A stretch of DNA of 64,000 bases, taken from NCBI GenBank assembly GCA_964291655.2, contig OZ219801.1, positions 64,001-128,000 on the forward strand, written 5' to 3'. The translations under genes were made by a program, and so were the position numbers. Source of the DNA: Chloroflexota bacterium. Its GTDB lineage: Bacteria; Chloroflexota; UBA11872; VXOZ01. Positions 19,821 through 29,542 of the stretch are shown here, piece by piece. Within the stretch, counting starts at the first letter, position 1. Each line of letters starts with the position of its first letter. The notes beneath the pieces were generated by a model, which saw nothing but the letters and a program-made list of their open reading frames with translations, was not told the DNA's origin and did no database searches.

Positions 19821-20966
19821 GTGCGGATAAGCGATGTTGAGACGCACGTCTTAGGCGACAATTGGCGCAACATAGTCTTCGTGCGTGTGCTCACGGACGA
19901 AGGGCTATACGGAATCGGCGAAGCAACCATCCAAAACCGCGATGAAGCTGTCGTGGCATACATTCAGGCCGCCAAGAACCGCCACATTGTCGGCAGCGAT
20001 CCCTTCAACATCGAGGACCTCTGGACGCGCATGTATCGCGACGATTTCTGGCGAGGGGGTCCCGTCGCCAACACTGCCCTCAGTGCTGTGGAGATTGCCT
20101 GCTGGGACATAGTGGGCAAAGCGCTCGACACGCCGGTTTATCGACTGCTCGGGGGCCAATGCCACGAGCGGCTGAAAGCGTACGCCAATGGTTGGTACAC
20201 CGGCGACCGCACACCTGAAGACTTTGCCAGGCGAGCGAAGACTGTGGTTGAAAAAGGCTACCGCGCCCTGAAGGTGGACCCCTTTGGAGCTGGCACCTAT
20301 GAGATGGAGGCGGAGGAGAAGCGCAAGTCAATTGCGCTGGTCGAAGCCATCCGCGACGCCGTCGGCCCCGACGTCGAAATCTTCATAGAAATGCACGGGA
20401 GATTCAGTCCGGCAACCGCAATCGAAATCGCCCGCGAACTTGAGCCCTTCAATCCCGGCTGGGTTGAGGAGCCGGTTCCCCCGGAAGACCAAGATGCATT
20501 GGAGCGAGCGGCGCGCGACATTCACGTCCCCGTGGCCACGGGTGAGAGAATCTTCACGCGCTATGAATACGCCCGTTTTTTCGCCCGCAACGTCGTGGAC
20601 ATCGTCCAACCGGACATCATTCATGCCGGCGGTATCATGGAGTTCAAGAAAATCGCGGCTATGGCCGACGCCCACTACGTCATGGTGGCGCCACACTGTT
20701 CCAATGGGCCTGTTTGCACGGCTGCCAGCGTACACTTCGATTTCTGCACGACCAACGTAAAGGTCCAAGAGTGCTTTGACGACTTTGCGCCGGACTTTGT
20801 GCGCGAAGCAGTTATCGGATTTCCCAGAGTAAAGGATGGGTATTTCTCCCCGCCTGAAGCGCCCGGCTTGGGCATCGACCTCAATCTGGACGTAATCAAG
20901 GAACACCCCTACCGATTCGGCCACTTTAACCTCTTTGCGGACGATTGGCAGCGCCGCGCGTATTAG
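19821..20966 (+). CDS. Mandelate racemase/galactonate dehydratase-like enolase superfamily enzyme
   Basis: EIACWDIVGK, YANGW, KVDPF, EMHGRF, EEP, GER, QPD, APH. Confidence 0.9.
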   Translation: MRISDVETHVLGDNWRNIVFVRVLTDEGLYGIGEATIQNRDEAVVAYIQAAKNRHIVGSDPFNIEDLWTRMYRDDFWRGGPVANTALSAVEIACWDIVGKALDTPVYRLLGGQCHERLKAYANGWYTGDRTPEDFARRAKTVVEKGYRALKVDPFGAGTYEMEAEEKRKSIALVEAIRDAVGPDVEIFIEMHGRFSPATAIEIARELEPFNPGWVEEPVPPEDQDALERAARDIHVPVATGERIFTRYEYARFFARNVVDIVQPDIIHAGGIMEFKKIAAMADAHYVMVAPHCSNGPVCTAASVHFDFCTTNVKVQECFDDFAPDFVREAVIGFPRVKDGYFSPPEAPGLGIDLNLDVIKEHPYRFGHFNLFADDWQRRAY

Positions 20967-21081
20967 AATCTACCCCAATATATGGTGGTTTTTCCCATTT
21001 AGTGCTCAGCACTTCTCCTAAGCGTCGAAGTACGAGAGTTACTTGTGGTTAAGACGGATTGGTCTGCAAGTAGGTTGAGCC

Positions 21082-21283
21082 ATGCCGAAAGTGCGGGACG
21101 CCATTTGACTGGTGGAGGGTGAAGGCTGGGCACGTGCGGACTCGAGGCAGCCATCGCCACTACCGTCACCCCACTAAGACTGGAATAGTTACTATAGCGG
21201 GTAAGCTGAGCAAGGAACTTGCACCCAAAACATGGAACAGCATCCTGCCGCAGGCTGGCATTCACGAAGGGGGTCAATCGTGA
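21082..21283 (+). pseudogene. hicA: HicA toxin pseudogene
   Basis: ATG at 21082 gives MPKVRDAI*LVEGEGW, with TGA at 21106-21108. A frameshift near 21130 then continues into HVRTRGSHRHYRHPTKTGIVTIAGKLSKELAPKTWNSILPQAG, the HicA GSH motif. The stop overlaps the hicB start (GTGA). Confidence 0.85.
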
Positions 21284-21486
21284 AACACATCATCGTCATT
21301 GAAAAAACCGACACCGGCTACTCGGCATGTGTACGCGACTTGCCGGGCTGTGTGGCTGCCGCGGATACGCAAGCGGAAGTGGACGATCTGATTCGAAAAG
21401 CCGTTGCCCATCATGTTGCTCTGCTCCACGAGCACGGCGACCCGGTGCCGGAATCACAAGCCACCACTGGCTTGGTCGAGGTGTAG
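21280..21486 (+). CDS. hicB: HicB family antitoxin (short, no DNA-binding domain)
   Basis: VIEKTDTGYSACVRDLPGCVAAADT..E....I..A...H.......GDPVP signature. Confidence 0.85.
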   Translation: MKHIIVIEKTDTGYSACVRDLPGCVAAADTQAEVDDLIRKAVAHHVALLHEHGDPVPESQATTGLVEV

Positions 21487-21549
21487 GCACATCCTACCAG
21501 CCAAGTTTTCCATGCGCTCGCCAGTTGGCACATCGAGAGGGGAGAGAGC

Positions 21550-21972
21550 ATGAACATCAACACGGACTTCCTCGCTCGCTGTATCCTGACCTTGGAGAGT
21601 GCGTCTGCGCAGTTGCAGCAGCATGAAGCGGACAGCATCGCCTACGACATCATGCGCGCCGCGTGCGTTAAGGAGTTCGAATTGGTCTTGGAGCAGAGCG
21701 GCAATCTACTGGGGAAGCGGCTCAGGCCCTACTTCGTCAGCAATCTGCAGGCCGATCGGCTTACCTTCAAGGATCGCTTTCGCCATGCCGCGAAGCACGG
21801 GTTGATCTCCGTCGAGAGTTGCGAACGCTGGCTCGCGTACCGGGATGCCCGCAACGATTCGGCGCACCGGTACGGCGCGGGCTTTGCAGGGACAACGCTT
21901 AAGCTGCTGCCCACCTTCATAAGCGACGCCAAGGCACTGACGCGCGTCATTGCGGAGGGCTCCGATGACTGA
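21550..21972 (+). CDS. HEPN-domain protein (HI0074-like nucleotidyltransferase substrate-binding protein)
   Basis: RAACVKEFELVLE and the RNDSAH (R-x4-H) motif. Overlaps the downstream MNT gene. Confidence 0.88.
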   Translation: MNINTDFLARCILTLESASAQLQQHEADSIAYDIMRAACVKEFELVLEQSGNLLGKRLRPYFVSNLQADRLTFKDRFRHAAKHGLISVESCERWLAYRDARNDSAHRYGAGFAGTTLKLLPTFISDAKALTRVIAEGSDD

Positions 21973-22297
21973 ACGGCTGGACCTGCCCGGCCGCTGCCGC
22001 CGGCAAATCGAAGCGCTGCTGCGCGCGTGCTTGCCCGGGGTAGAGGCGTGGGCCTACGGCAGCCGCGTCAACGGGAGGAGTCACCCGGGCAGCGATCTCG
22101 ACTTGGCGCTACGCACTCCCACCCTGGAACCGATACCGGACGCCTTGCTGCGGGAGTTTACCGCGGCGTTGGAGCGGTCGAATGTCCCCATCCTGGTCCA
22201 AGCTCACGACTGGGCGCGCTTGCCGGAGAGCTTCCATCGCGAAATCGAACGCAACCACGTGGTCCTCGACGTAGAGCACAGTGTCTCTGGCGGTTGA
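21965..22297 (+). CDS. Minimal nucleotidyltransferase (MNT, HI0073-like)
   Basis: AYGSRVNG.....SDLDL motif, ~110 aa. Confidence 0.88.
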   Translation: MTERLDLPGRCRRQIEALLRACLPGVEAWAYGSRVNGRSHPGSDLDLALRTPTLEPIPDALLREFTAALERSNVPILVQAHDWARLPESFHREIERNHVVLDVEHSVSGG

Positions 22298-22510
22298 ACT
22301 GGCAGCGACCTTGACGAAATCAAAAGCTGCAGAGAGTGCCAAAGTTTTCCCTTTCGTCCAAGACCCGCCACGAACAGGGGTGTCCCGGCGCGGTCGTTTC
22401 ATGCCTAAGAGTTGGGCATGCTATCAAGCTGATAGAATGGCACGCAGTGGTGTTGCCCTAGAGCATTCAGAGTTCTGTTAGAGAAGACCCTTCCGTTGGA
22501 GAAGACCCAA

Positions 22511-23683
22511 ATGAAATTCGACCTGATCCTGCGTAACGGCGATATCATCGATCCCGGAGAGGGCAGGCGCTTCACCGGCGACATTGGCATCGCTGACGGC
22601 AGTTTTGCTGCCATTACGGAGGGCACACTCGCGGGCGCCGCCGGACAAGAGATTGACGTCGCCGGGCAGCTCGTTACCCCCGGGCTGGTGGACTTGCACG
22701 GGCACTGCTACTGGGGCGTGGGCGGCACCGGCCTCGATCCGGATTTGGTCGGCGCGCGGCATGGCGTAACCACCTGGATCGATCCCGGCAGCAGCGGCGC
22801 CGCGACGTTCCCCGCATTCAAACGTTTCATCATCGAACCGTCGCAGGTTCGGGTTATTCCCTTGCTCAATCTCAGCGCCAAGGGCCTCGTGCATTGCCAG
22901 GAGGTCGGCGAACTAAACAACATGACGTATGTCGATACGGAACTCAACGCAGCCACCCTGGAGATGCACCGCGGCCTCATCGCCGGTATTAAGATTCGTG
23001 CCGGTCGCTCCAGCACCGGGCACACCGGAATGATGGCTTTGTGGGCGGGGCGCGAGCTCTGCGACCAGTATTCAGTGCCGCTCATGGTGCATATTTCCAT
23101 GCCGGCGCCAACATTGCAGGAGTTGCTTCCCATGCTGCGCGCGGGCGATATCGTTACGCACTGCTTTCATGGCAAGCCCGGCGGCATCTTGATGCGTGGC
23201 CGCGTCCGAGATGAGGCCTGGGCAGCCCGCGAGCGCGGCGTGCTCTTCGACGTGGGTCACGGCAATAGCAGCTTTTCGTTTCCCGTCACCGCCGCTGCCA
23301 TGGAACAAGGATTTCCACCCGATTCCATCAGCACCGACTTGCATCAGAGGAGCATACGCACCTCGGCAAAGAGCTTTCCCTACGTGATGTCAAAGTTCCT
23401 TGCCCTCGGCATGGATATCGAAACCGTTGTCCGGCTCAGCACGCTAACTCCCGCGCAGTCAGTAGGATACGACCACGTTTGCGGCCGGCTTAACGTCGGC
23501 GCGCCGGCGGACATTGCTGTTTTCCGCGTCGACGAAGGCAATTTCACCTTCTTGGATCCGCAGGGCGAGGAGCGAGACGGCAGGCAGCAGTTAGAAAATA
23601 CCCACACTATCGCGAATGGTGTGCCGCTGGATCGGAGCCGCGATCCACTCGCTGACGATCCGTTTCCGCTGTCGACAATTTGA
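22511..23683 (+). CDS. Amidohydrolase/deacetylase family metallohydrolase (dihydroorotase-like)
   Basis: PGLVDLHGH, GIKIR, MVH, THCFH, DVGHG, ISTDLH. Confidence 0.9.
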   Translation: MKFDLILRNGDIIDPGEGRRFTGDIGIADGSFAAITEGTLAGAAGQEIDVAGQLVTPGLVDLHGHCYWGVGGTGLDPDLVGARHGVTTWIDPGSSGAATFPAFKRFIIEPSQVRVIPLLNLSAKGLVHCQEVGELNNMTYVDTELNAATLEMHRGLIAGIKIRAGRSSTGHTGMMALWAGRELCDQYSVPLMVHISMPAPTLQELLPMLRAGDIVTHCFHGKPGGILMRGRVRDEAWAARERGVLFDVGHGNSSFSFPVTAAAMEQGFPPDSISTDLHQRSIRTSAKSFPYVMSKFLALGMDIETVVRLSTLTPAQSVGYDHVCGRLNVGAPADIAVFRVDEGNFTFLDPQGEERDGRQQLENTHTIANGVPLDRSRDPLADDPFPLSTI

Positions 23684-23741
23684 TGCGTCGCGCGCACCTT
23701 CGCGGGCAGGACTTTTGCCGCCCCGCAATGGGATAGATGCT

Positions 23742-25283
23742 ATGCAGTTCAAGTTCCTCCACACTGCAGACATTCATCTCGGCTACCAGCAATATGGCCT
23801 GCACGAGCGTTACGACGATTTTGTCGATGCATTTCAGTGGGTCATCGACACTGCGTTAGAAGAGCGCGTTGACTTTCTCTTGATTGCCGGTGACCTCTTT
23901 GAGAAACGCACTCTCGACCCGCGCACACTCCTCATCGCCGTCACGGAGTTTGAACGACTGAAAGAAGCGGGAATCCCTGTAGTTGCCATCGAGGGAAATC
24001 ACGAGCGTTCCTACGGCGATAGTCTTTCCTGGATGGAGTACCTCAATCAGAGGGGCCTTCTCTATCTGTTGAATTGTGCGCGCCACGACCAGGGTTGGAC
24101 GCCGCAGCCCTGGGACGAAGAGGAGCGCATTGGCGGATACGTGGACCTGGCGGGAGCACGCATCTACGGCCTCAGATACCAAGGCGCTCAGACCGGCGCG
24201 GCGCTTAGCGAAATCGGGGCCGCCATAGGTGCTGCTGCGTACTCTGACGCTGAATTCTCTATCTTTCTCTCGCACACTTCTGTCGAGGGATACTACGACC
24301 AAGGACATCCGTTTGCACGCCAACAAGACCTAGGCACTCTCAGACACTGTGTGGACTATTTCGCCTTAGGCCACATTCACGCCCCGTATCGTGGAACACT
24401 TGACGGGAAGGAATGGCTTTTCAATCCCGGGTGTCCGGAAACTTGGAGCAGTGAAGAGTGGCAATATCGTGAAAAGGGCGCCATCCTCGTGACGGTAGAC
24501 ACAGACCAGACACCGTCCTTTTGCGCAACCACGTGCAACTACCCGATGCGCCGCCCTTTCATGCATATCCGGCAAGAACTGGATGCCTGCCCGACTCCAA
24601 GCGCACTGGTGCAACTCCTCGAGAAGAAGATTGAGCGCGAACCGGCACCACGCGGGGACGTAGAGCCACTGCTGCAGGGTAAAGTAGCCCATACCGTTCA
24701 CCGCCGTACCTCCCCAGCGCAAAAGTCCCCAGTGGTTGAGATTTTGCTTACGGGCGTCGCCCGGTTCTCGCGCACCGAAATCAATACCGAAGCCATCGAG
24801 CACCTGGCGAAGAAGCATATTGACCCCCTGATCGTGCGTGTACGATCATCGCTGCAAGAGGCTCCCACGAGCCTGGTAGACGGCAATGACACGCTTGACC
24901 GTAACGAGTTGGAACGCATGGTTTTTGAAAACCTCGTCCGGGCCGACGATCGTTTTGCGGCGACTGCGGCTGAGGTGGGCCAGATCGCAGTCATACTAAA
25001 GCAAATGGTCCTCGACGGGGTCACGGCCACAGAGATCGCAGAGGAGGTGGGGCGCCGCCTGCGCGAGCAGACGCAGGTCACACAGGACAAGGCGAATTCA
25101 CCTGTACCGACAGGCAACCAGAGCGGAGAAGCCGCTGATGAGGAGTGGCGTGATGAAGATGCTCCCTCGACACAGAGCGGAGAGGGTCGAGGGGAAAGCG
25201 GTCGCCTATCGCGCTACGTTCAGCAAGACAATCTTTTCGGTTCGATTCCGCCGGGCGACGGACCGGCTCAGTACTCAGACTGA
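23742..25283 (+). CDS. mre11: Mre11/SbcD DNA repair nuclease
   Basis: All five phosphoesterase motifs are present: ADIHLG, AGDLF, GNHE, SH and ALGHIH, plus NPG. Directly upstream of an SMC-like ATPase. Confidence 0.93.
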   Translation: MQFKFLHTADIHLGYQQYGLHERYDDFVDAFQWVIDTALEERVDFLLIAGDLFEKRTLDPRTLLIAVTEFERLKEAGIPVVAIEGNHERSYGDSLSWMEYLNQRGLLYLLNCARHDQGWTPQPWDEEERIGGYVDLAGARIYGLRYQGAQTGAALSEIGAAIGAAAYSDAEFSIFLSHTSVEGYYDQGHPFARQQDLGTLRHCVDYFALGHIHAPYRGTLDGKEWLFNPGCPETWSSEEWQYREKGAILVTVDTDQTPSFCATTCNYPMRRPFMHIRQELDACPTPSALVQLLEKKIEREPAPRGDVEPLLQGKVAHTVHRRTSPAQKSPVVEILLTGVARFSRTEINTEAIEHLAKKHIDPLIVRVRSSLQEAPTSLVDGNDTLDRNELERMVFENLVRADDRFAATAAEVGQIAVILKQMVLDGVTATEIAEEVGRRLREQTQVTQDKANSPVPTGNQSGEAADEEWRDEDAPSTQSGEGRGESGRLSRYVQQDNLFGSIPPGDGPAQYSD

Positions 25284-25289
25284 CTCCTG

Positions 25290-28205
25290 ATGCGCATTAC
25301 CGAAGTGTATCTGAAGAACGTCAAGAGCTACCAGGAAGCTACCATCCGGTTTCCGGTTGGCACCATTGCCATCTTCGGGCCAAATGGTGCTGGCAAGACC
25401 ACAATCTTGGAAGCTATCGGCTTTGCCCTCTTCGACTTCCTGCCGTACCGCAACCAGCGGGAATTCATGCGGCACAATGCGTTAGAGGCGGACGTGCGTG
25501 TGACGTTTCTTTCCCGTCTCGACGAGTGCGAATACCAAGCCGTACGCACGCTGAAGCGTTCCGCCGGCAGCGCAGATTCGGTGACGTCCACTTATTATGT
25601 TTACAGCTTCGATAGGGAGGGACGTGTTGCCCAACAGAAACAGGACGTGCAGGCGTTTCTTCGCCAACACATTGGTCTGGATGAGTATGAAGACCTCGCA
25701 CGAGTATTCGCCGACGTGCTTGGCGTGCCGCAGGGGCGGCTAACAGCCGACTTCCTGCTTACTCCCTCCCAGCGCAAGGACACCTTCGATCCATTGCTGC
25801 GGGTTGATGCGTACCGTCAGGTGTACGAAAGGCTCCGCGATGTCCTTGATGCACTCCGAGGCAATGTCTCGGACCAAGAGCGGCGCGTCTCTGCCTTGGA
25901 ACCGGAAGCCGAGCGCTTGCCCAACGAATTAGCGGCGCTCGCCGTATTCGTGAAACAGCATGCCGAGACGACGCAAGAGATCCGCATCTTGGCCGCGGAC
26001 CAAGCACGCCTGCACGCAGAACAACAGCGTCTGGAAACCCAGCGCCAGACGCTGGAGCAGCAACGTGAACAGGTAAGGCGCCTCACACAACAGCAGCAAG
26101 ACATTCAGAATCGTCTCGAGGCGGAGCGAGCCCAGGCCGCTGCAGCCGCGCTCGCAGAAGCTCGTACAAATGAGGCCGCGGCGGGGTACGTCGCCTACCG
26201 CAAGGCACAAGATGAGCTAACTACGCTGGAAGAGGATCGCAAGTCTGCCGATGAGCTTCGCCAGAACGAATTTTCAGTGGAAAGAAAGCTCGTGGCCTTG
26301 CGGACGAGACAGACCGCGCTTGCAAAGGGCGTGCAAGAGTCAAGCGACGCAACAGCAAAGCGCACGGCCCTGGAGCCCCAGGTCGCGCGGCAGGAGCGCC
26401 TGGAAGCGCAATTCCTGCAATTCGGCCGCGATCTCGACTACGTTCGGCAACATGGCGAGCAGGTAACGCAAATCCTGCGGCGGGTTGCTGCCGGCCGGAG
26501 CGACGGTCTGAGAGAACTGGCGTCTGCAGACTTGCCCGCGGCGCCAAGCGAGGCCGCTGGGTACGCTCGGGCCCGCCTTAGCGAGCAGCACGAAGACCTG
26601 CGGGAGATCGGGTTGTGGCTTGAACGGCGAGACGATCTGCGTAAACGATTCACTCAGACCCAACCCAAGCGCGATGAAACGGCAAAAGCCATTGCGCATT
26701 GTGAGTCATTCGTCGCGATCGCGGCGCAGCTTGAAGGCCTTGAACAACAGTTGCAGTCGGTCAGAGACCAGCTTAGCGCCTACGAAGCACAAAGACGTTT
26801 CAATCAAGACTCCCAAGCAATGGCCGCCGATGGCCTCTGTCCCTTTTACAAGGACTTCTGTCCAAAGGTGGAAGAGGGCCAAAGCCTGATTCCAATTATT
26901 GCCGGTCTCGTGCGCGACCAAGTGGACCAGGCCGACAAACTGCAGGCAGAGAGGGCAAGGATCGAACAGGAAGTGGGCAGGGCAAGGGCAGCTCAGAAAG
27001 AGGTTGATCGTCTGGGTGACCTGGCGCCGCGCTTACAGCATCTCGAGAGGGATCTCCACGACTTTGACCAGCAGCAGCAAGACCTGACACGGCGCATCGA
27101 TGATCGCCTGCAGGGAGCATGGTCGGAACAGGTCATTGCAAAGGTACTCAGAGAGCTTGAAGAAAAAGAGGAGACCCTCCGGCAAGAGTTAAGAAGCTTA
27201 GGGAATCCACGTCAGATTGCGGACCGTCTGTACGACGCCTCCAGCGAGCATGAGGAGCGCGCTGAATCCCTTGCCGCGGTCACACGCGAACTCCGAACGT
27301 CTGAAGAGGAGTTGGCGGGAATGAGCGAGCGCCTAGAGCCTTACGCAGACCTCGACCGCCGAGTAGCCCAGCAGCGCCAAATAGCAGATACTCACCGTAA
27401 TGACTTTGAAGTGTACCTGCAGCATGAGCAAATAGCAGCCGACCTACCACGCCGAAAAGGGCTAGTGGCGTCTCTCGCCGGCGATAAGGAGAAGAACGCG
27501 CGGGCCGTCGCGGAGTCTCAGCAACTACTCACAACGTGCGAGGAGTCTTGGAATCCGGCCGCACTCAGTGAGATTCAAAAGAACTTGAATAAGGCCCAGG
27601 TTCAGTTAGGCGCCGCGAACGAACGGTCCCGCTATTTGAGTAAGCAGATTTTACTCACGAAGCAAGAGATCGCCGCCCTCGAGGAGTCTGCACGGGAAAT
27701 GGAAGACGCCAAACAGGCGCTGGCGGCTGCGCAAGAGGTGTTTACGGTAACCGCCTTCTTGCGCAACGTCATTCGCGATGCAGGTCCCCACATCGCCCGC
27801 CACCTCATTCAACAGATTTCGGCGGAAGCCAATACACTTTTTAGCGAGATTATGGGAGATGCTTCCGCAGAACTCTCACTCACTGAAGACTACGACATAC
27901 TTCTAGAGCAACACGGACACCGGCGCGCGTTCCTGCAACTGTCCGGCGGCGAGCAGATGAGCGCTGCCGTGGCCGTGCGCTTAGGACTCTTGCGCCAACT
28001 CTCCGACATCAATATTGCCTTCTTCGACGAACCGACCCAGAATATGGATGCGGAGCGCCGACACAATCTGGCCGAACAGCTTGAACGAGTAACGGGCTTC
28101 CAACAACTCTTCGTCATAAGCCACGACGATACCTTCGAACCGATGGTTTCTTCAGTGGTGCGGGTGCGCAAAGAGAATGGCGTAAGTACTGCGGAAGTGG
28201 AATAG
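25290..28205 (+). CDS. rad50: Rad50/SbcC SMC-like ATPase
   Basis: Walker A GPNGAGKT, Q-loop VPQG, long coiled coils with central CPFYKDFCP, signature LSGGE, Walker B FFDEPT and H-loop ISH. Confidence 0.95.
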   Translation: MRITEVYLKNVKSYQEATIRFPVGTIAIFGPNGAGKTTILEAIGFALFDFLPYRNQREFMRHNALEADVRVTFLSRLDECEYQAVRTLKRSAGSADSVTSTYYVYSFDREGRVAQQKQDVQAFLRQHIGLDEYEDLARVFADVLGVPQGRLTADFLLTPSQRKDTFDPLLRVDAYRQVYERLRDVLDALRGNVSDQERRVSALEPEAERLPNELAALAVFVKQHAETTQEIRILAADQARLHAEQQRLETQRQTLEQQREQVRRLTQQQQDIQNRLEAERAQAAAAALAEARTNEAAAGYVAYRKAQDELTTLEEDRKSADELRQNEFSVERKLVALRTRQTALAKGVQESSDATAKRTALEPQVARQERLEAQFLQFGRDLDYVRQHGEQVTQILRRVAAGRSDGLRELASADLPAAPSEAAGYARARLSEQHEDLREIGLWLERRDDLRKRFTQTQPKRDETAKAIAHCESFVAIAAQLEGLEQQLQSVRDQLSAYEAQRRFNQDSQAMAADGLCPFYKDFCPKVEEGQSLIPIIAGLVRDQVDQADKLQAERARIEQEVGRARAAQKEVDRLGDLAPRLQHLERDLHDFDQQQQDLTRRIDDRLQGAWSEQVIAKVLRELEEKEETLRQELRSLGNPRQIADRLYDASSEHEERAESLAAVTRELRTSEEELAGMSERLEPYADLDRRVAQQRQIADTHRNDFEVYLQHEQIAADLPRRKGLVASLAGDKEKNARAVAESQQLLTTCEESWNPAALSEIQKNLNKAQVQLGAANERSRYLSKQILLTKQEIAALEESAREMEDAKQALAAAQEVFTVTAFLRNVIRDAGPHIARHLIQQISAEANTLFSEIMGDASAELSLTEDYDILLEQHGHRRAFLQLSGGEQMSAAVAVRLGLLRQLSDINIAFFDEPTQNMDAERRHNLAEQLERVTGFQQLFVISHDDTFEPMVSSVVRVRKENGVSTAEVE

Positions 28206-28333
28206 CGCTGGTTCTCAAACACTGATGTACCCGTCAGGTTGTCACGCAGCACCACAATGAGCAATGCCATAGACGCACGGCCTCGCGGCAGACGCGGGAT
28301 CGCCCCCTTCCGCGGGCAAGTGCGGAGGACTTC

Positions 28334-29530
28334 ATGTTCTACCGAGATAAAATAATCAAGGCGCTCAACGACAAACGCGAGGCGCTGACACAGCTCGATC
28401 AAGAGCAACGGTTGCGACTGCAGGGGCTATTTGCGGCATGTGATTCACTTTCAGGCATGACCGCCGCTGAACTCCGCGAGCGGCTCGCGGCGGAAGCTGC
28501 GCCGGGCGCACTACCTACCGATGAATTTGACGAAGCCCCGGGAATTCGCATGCCGTTTTCGGAGACTTGGGACAACGTCGCCGCGATGCGCCACTGGGCG
28601 GCAGAGATTCTCGCGGATGTATCCGTATGCGCGGTCGACGGCAGCCAGTTGCCGGCCACCAAGGACTTTCCTTTGCCGGTAGCCGCCGTACAGATTGCCT
28701 GGTTCATCAACCCACACTCGTCCCGAGCTTCGTATGTGAAGGATGCGCACGTGGAAGTGCTGACGCCCCGCGATCTTGGAGACGATGATAGCGATGCGAA
28801 CACTTGGATCTCCCTGCGCCGCTACGAGCTTGAGGTTGCTCGCATCAACACCTTCATGCGTGAGCACCGCGAGCAAGGAGAACGGGCAGTAGCCCTCTTT
28901 GACGGCTCATTGACAGTCTCATTCGCCGGTCCTAAGCCTGAGGTGCGCGACCGCTACCGGGCCGCGGCTGTGAGTATGCTGCGAACTTCGGAAGAGTGCC
29001 GGGTGCCGCTGATCGCCTACATTGATCGGTCGCGCGCCCGTGACTTTGCACGGATGCTGTGTTATGTCCAAGGCAGCAGCCTCTTGAGCGCTTCACTTAT
29101 CAGCGATGCGGCGCTCTTGGACGGCCCGAGGAGCGATGACCGGCCATGGCGGCTGCCCGCGTTCTTTTGCCAGCGGCAGGATGTCGTGCAGGAAGGCAAC
29201 TACGCGGACCCTGAGACCGGCCGGAGCTACAGCAACGAAATTTGCTTTACGTACCTCAAGATCAATAGCGGACCACCGGCGCGGCTCGAATTTCCCGCCT
29301 GGCTGCTTCGCGCCGGTATGCTCGACCGCGTGATAGACTGGGTGCGAGCGGAGGCAATTGGCGGCGGCGGCTATCCCTATGCGATCCAAGCCGCTGACGC
29401 AGCCGCAGTGATTACGTTTGCAGACCGGCAACGGTACTTGCGTGCGCTTGAAGAATTCGGACGCCACCATGACATTCGCACGATGCTTGCGTCCGCAAAA
29501 CAGGCGAGCAAAGAGCGGCGCAGGGCATAA
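28334..29530 (+). CDS. nurA: NurA domain nuclease
   Basis: AVDGSQ, LFDGSL, RLEFP and GYPYAIQAAD..AVI motifs; context next to rad50. Confidence 0.9.
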   Translation: MFYRDKIIKALNDKREALTQLDQEQRLRLQGLFAACDSLSGMTAAELRERLAAEAAPGALPTDEFDEAPGIRMPFSETWDNVAAMRHWAAEILADVSVCAVDGSQLPATKDFPLPVAAVQIAWFINPHSSRASYVKDAHVEVLTPRDLGDDDSDANTWISLRRYELEVARINTFMREHREQGERAVALFDGSLTVSFAGPKPEVRDRYRAAAVSMLRTSEECRVPLIAYIDRSRARDFARMLCYVQGSSLLSASLISDAALLDGPRSDDRPWRLPAFFCQRQDVVQEGNYADPETGRSYSNEICFTYLKINSGPPARLEFPAWLLRAGMLDRVIDWVRAEAIGGGGYPYAIQAADAAAVITFADRQRYLRALEEFGRHHDIRTMLASAKQASKERRRA

Positions 29531-29542
29531 GGGGTTTCAGCC

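Noticed and set aside
21106-21108. In-frame TGA in hicA as possible selenocysteine
   Set aside because: It is not at a Cys position (most simply CGA->TGA) and is accompanied by a frameshift, so decay is the better explanation.
25164-25194. Hairpin CCCTCGAC...GTCGAGGG in the mre11 tail as a third in-frame REP
   Set aside because: It has only partial similarity to the CCCTCTCC family, too degenerate to call.
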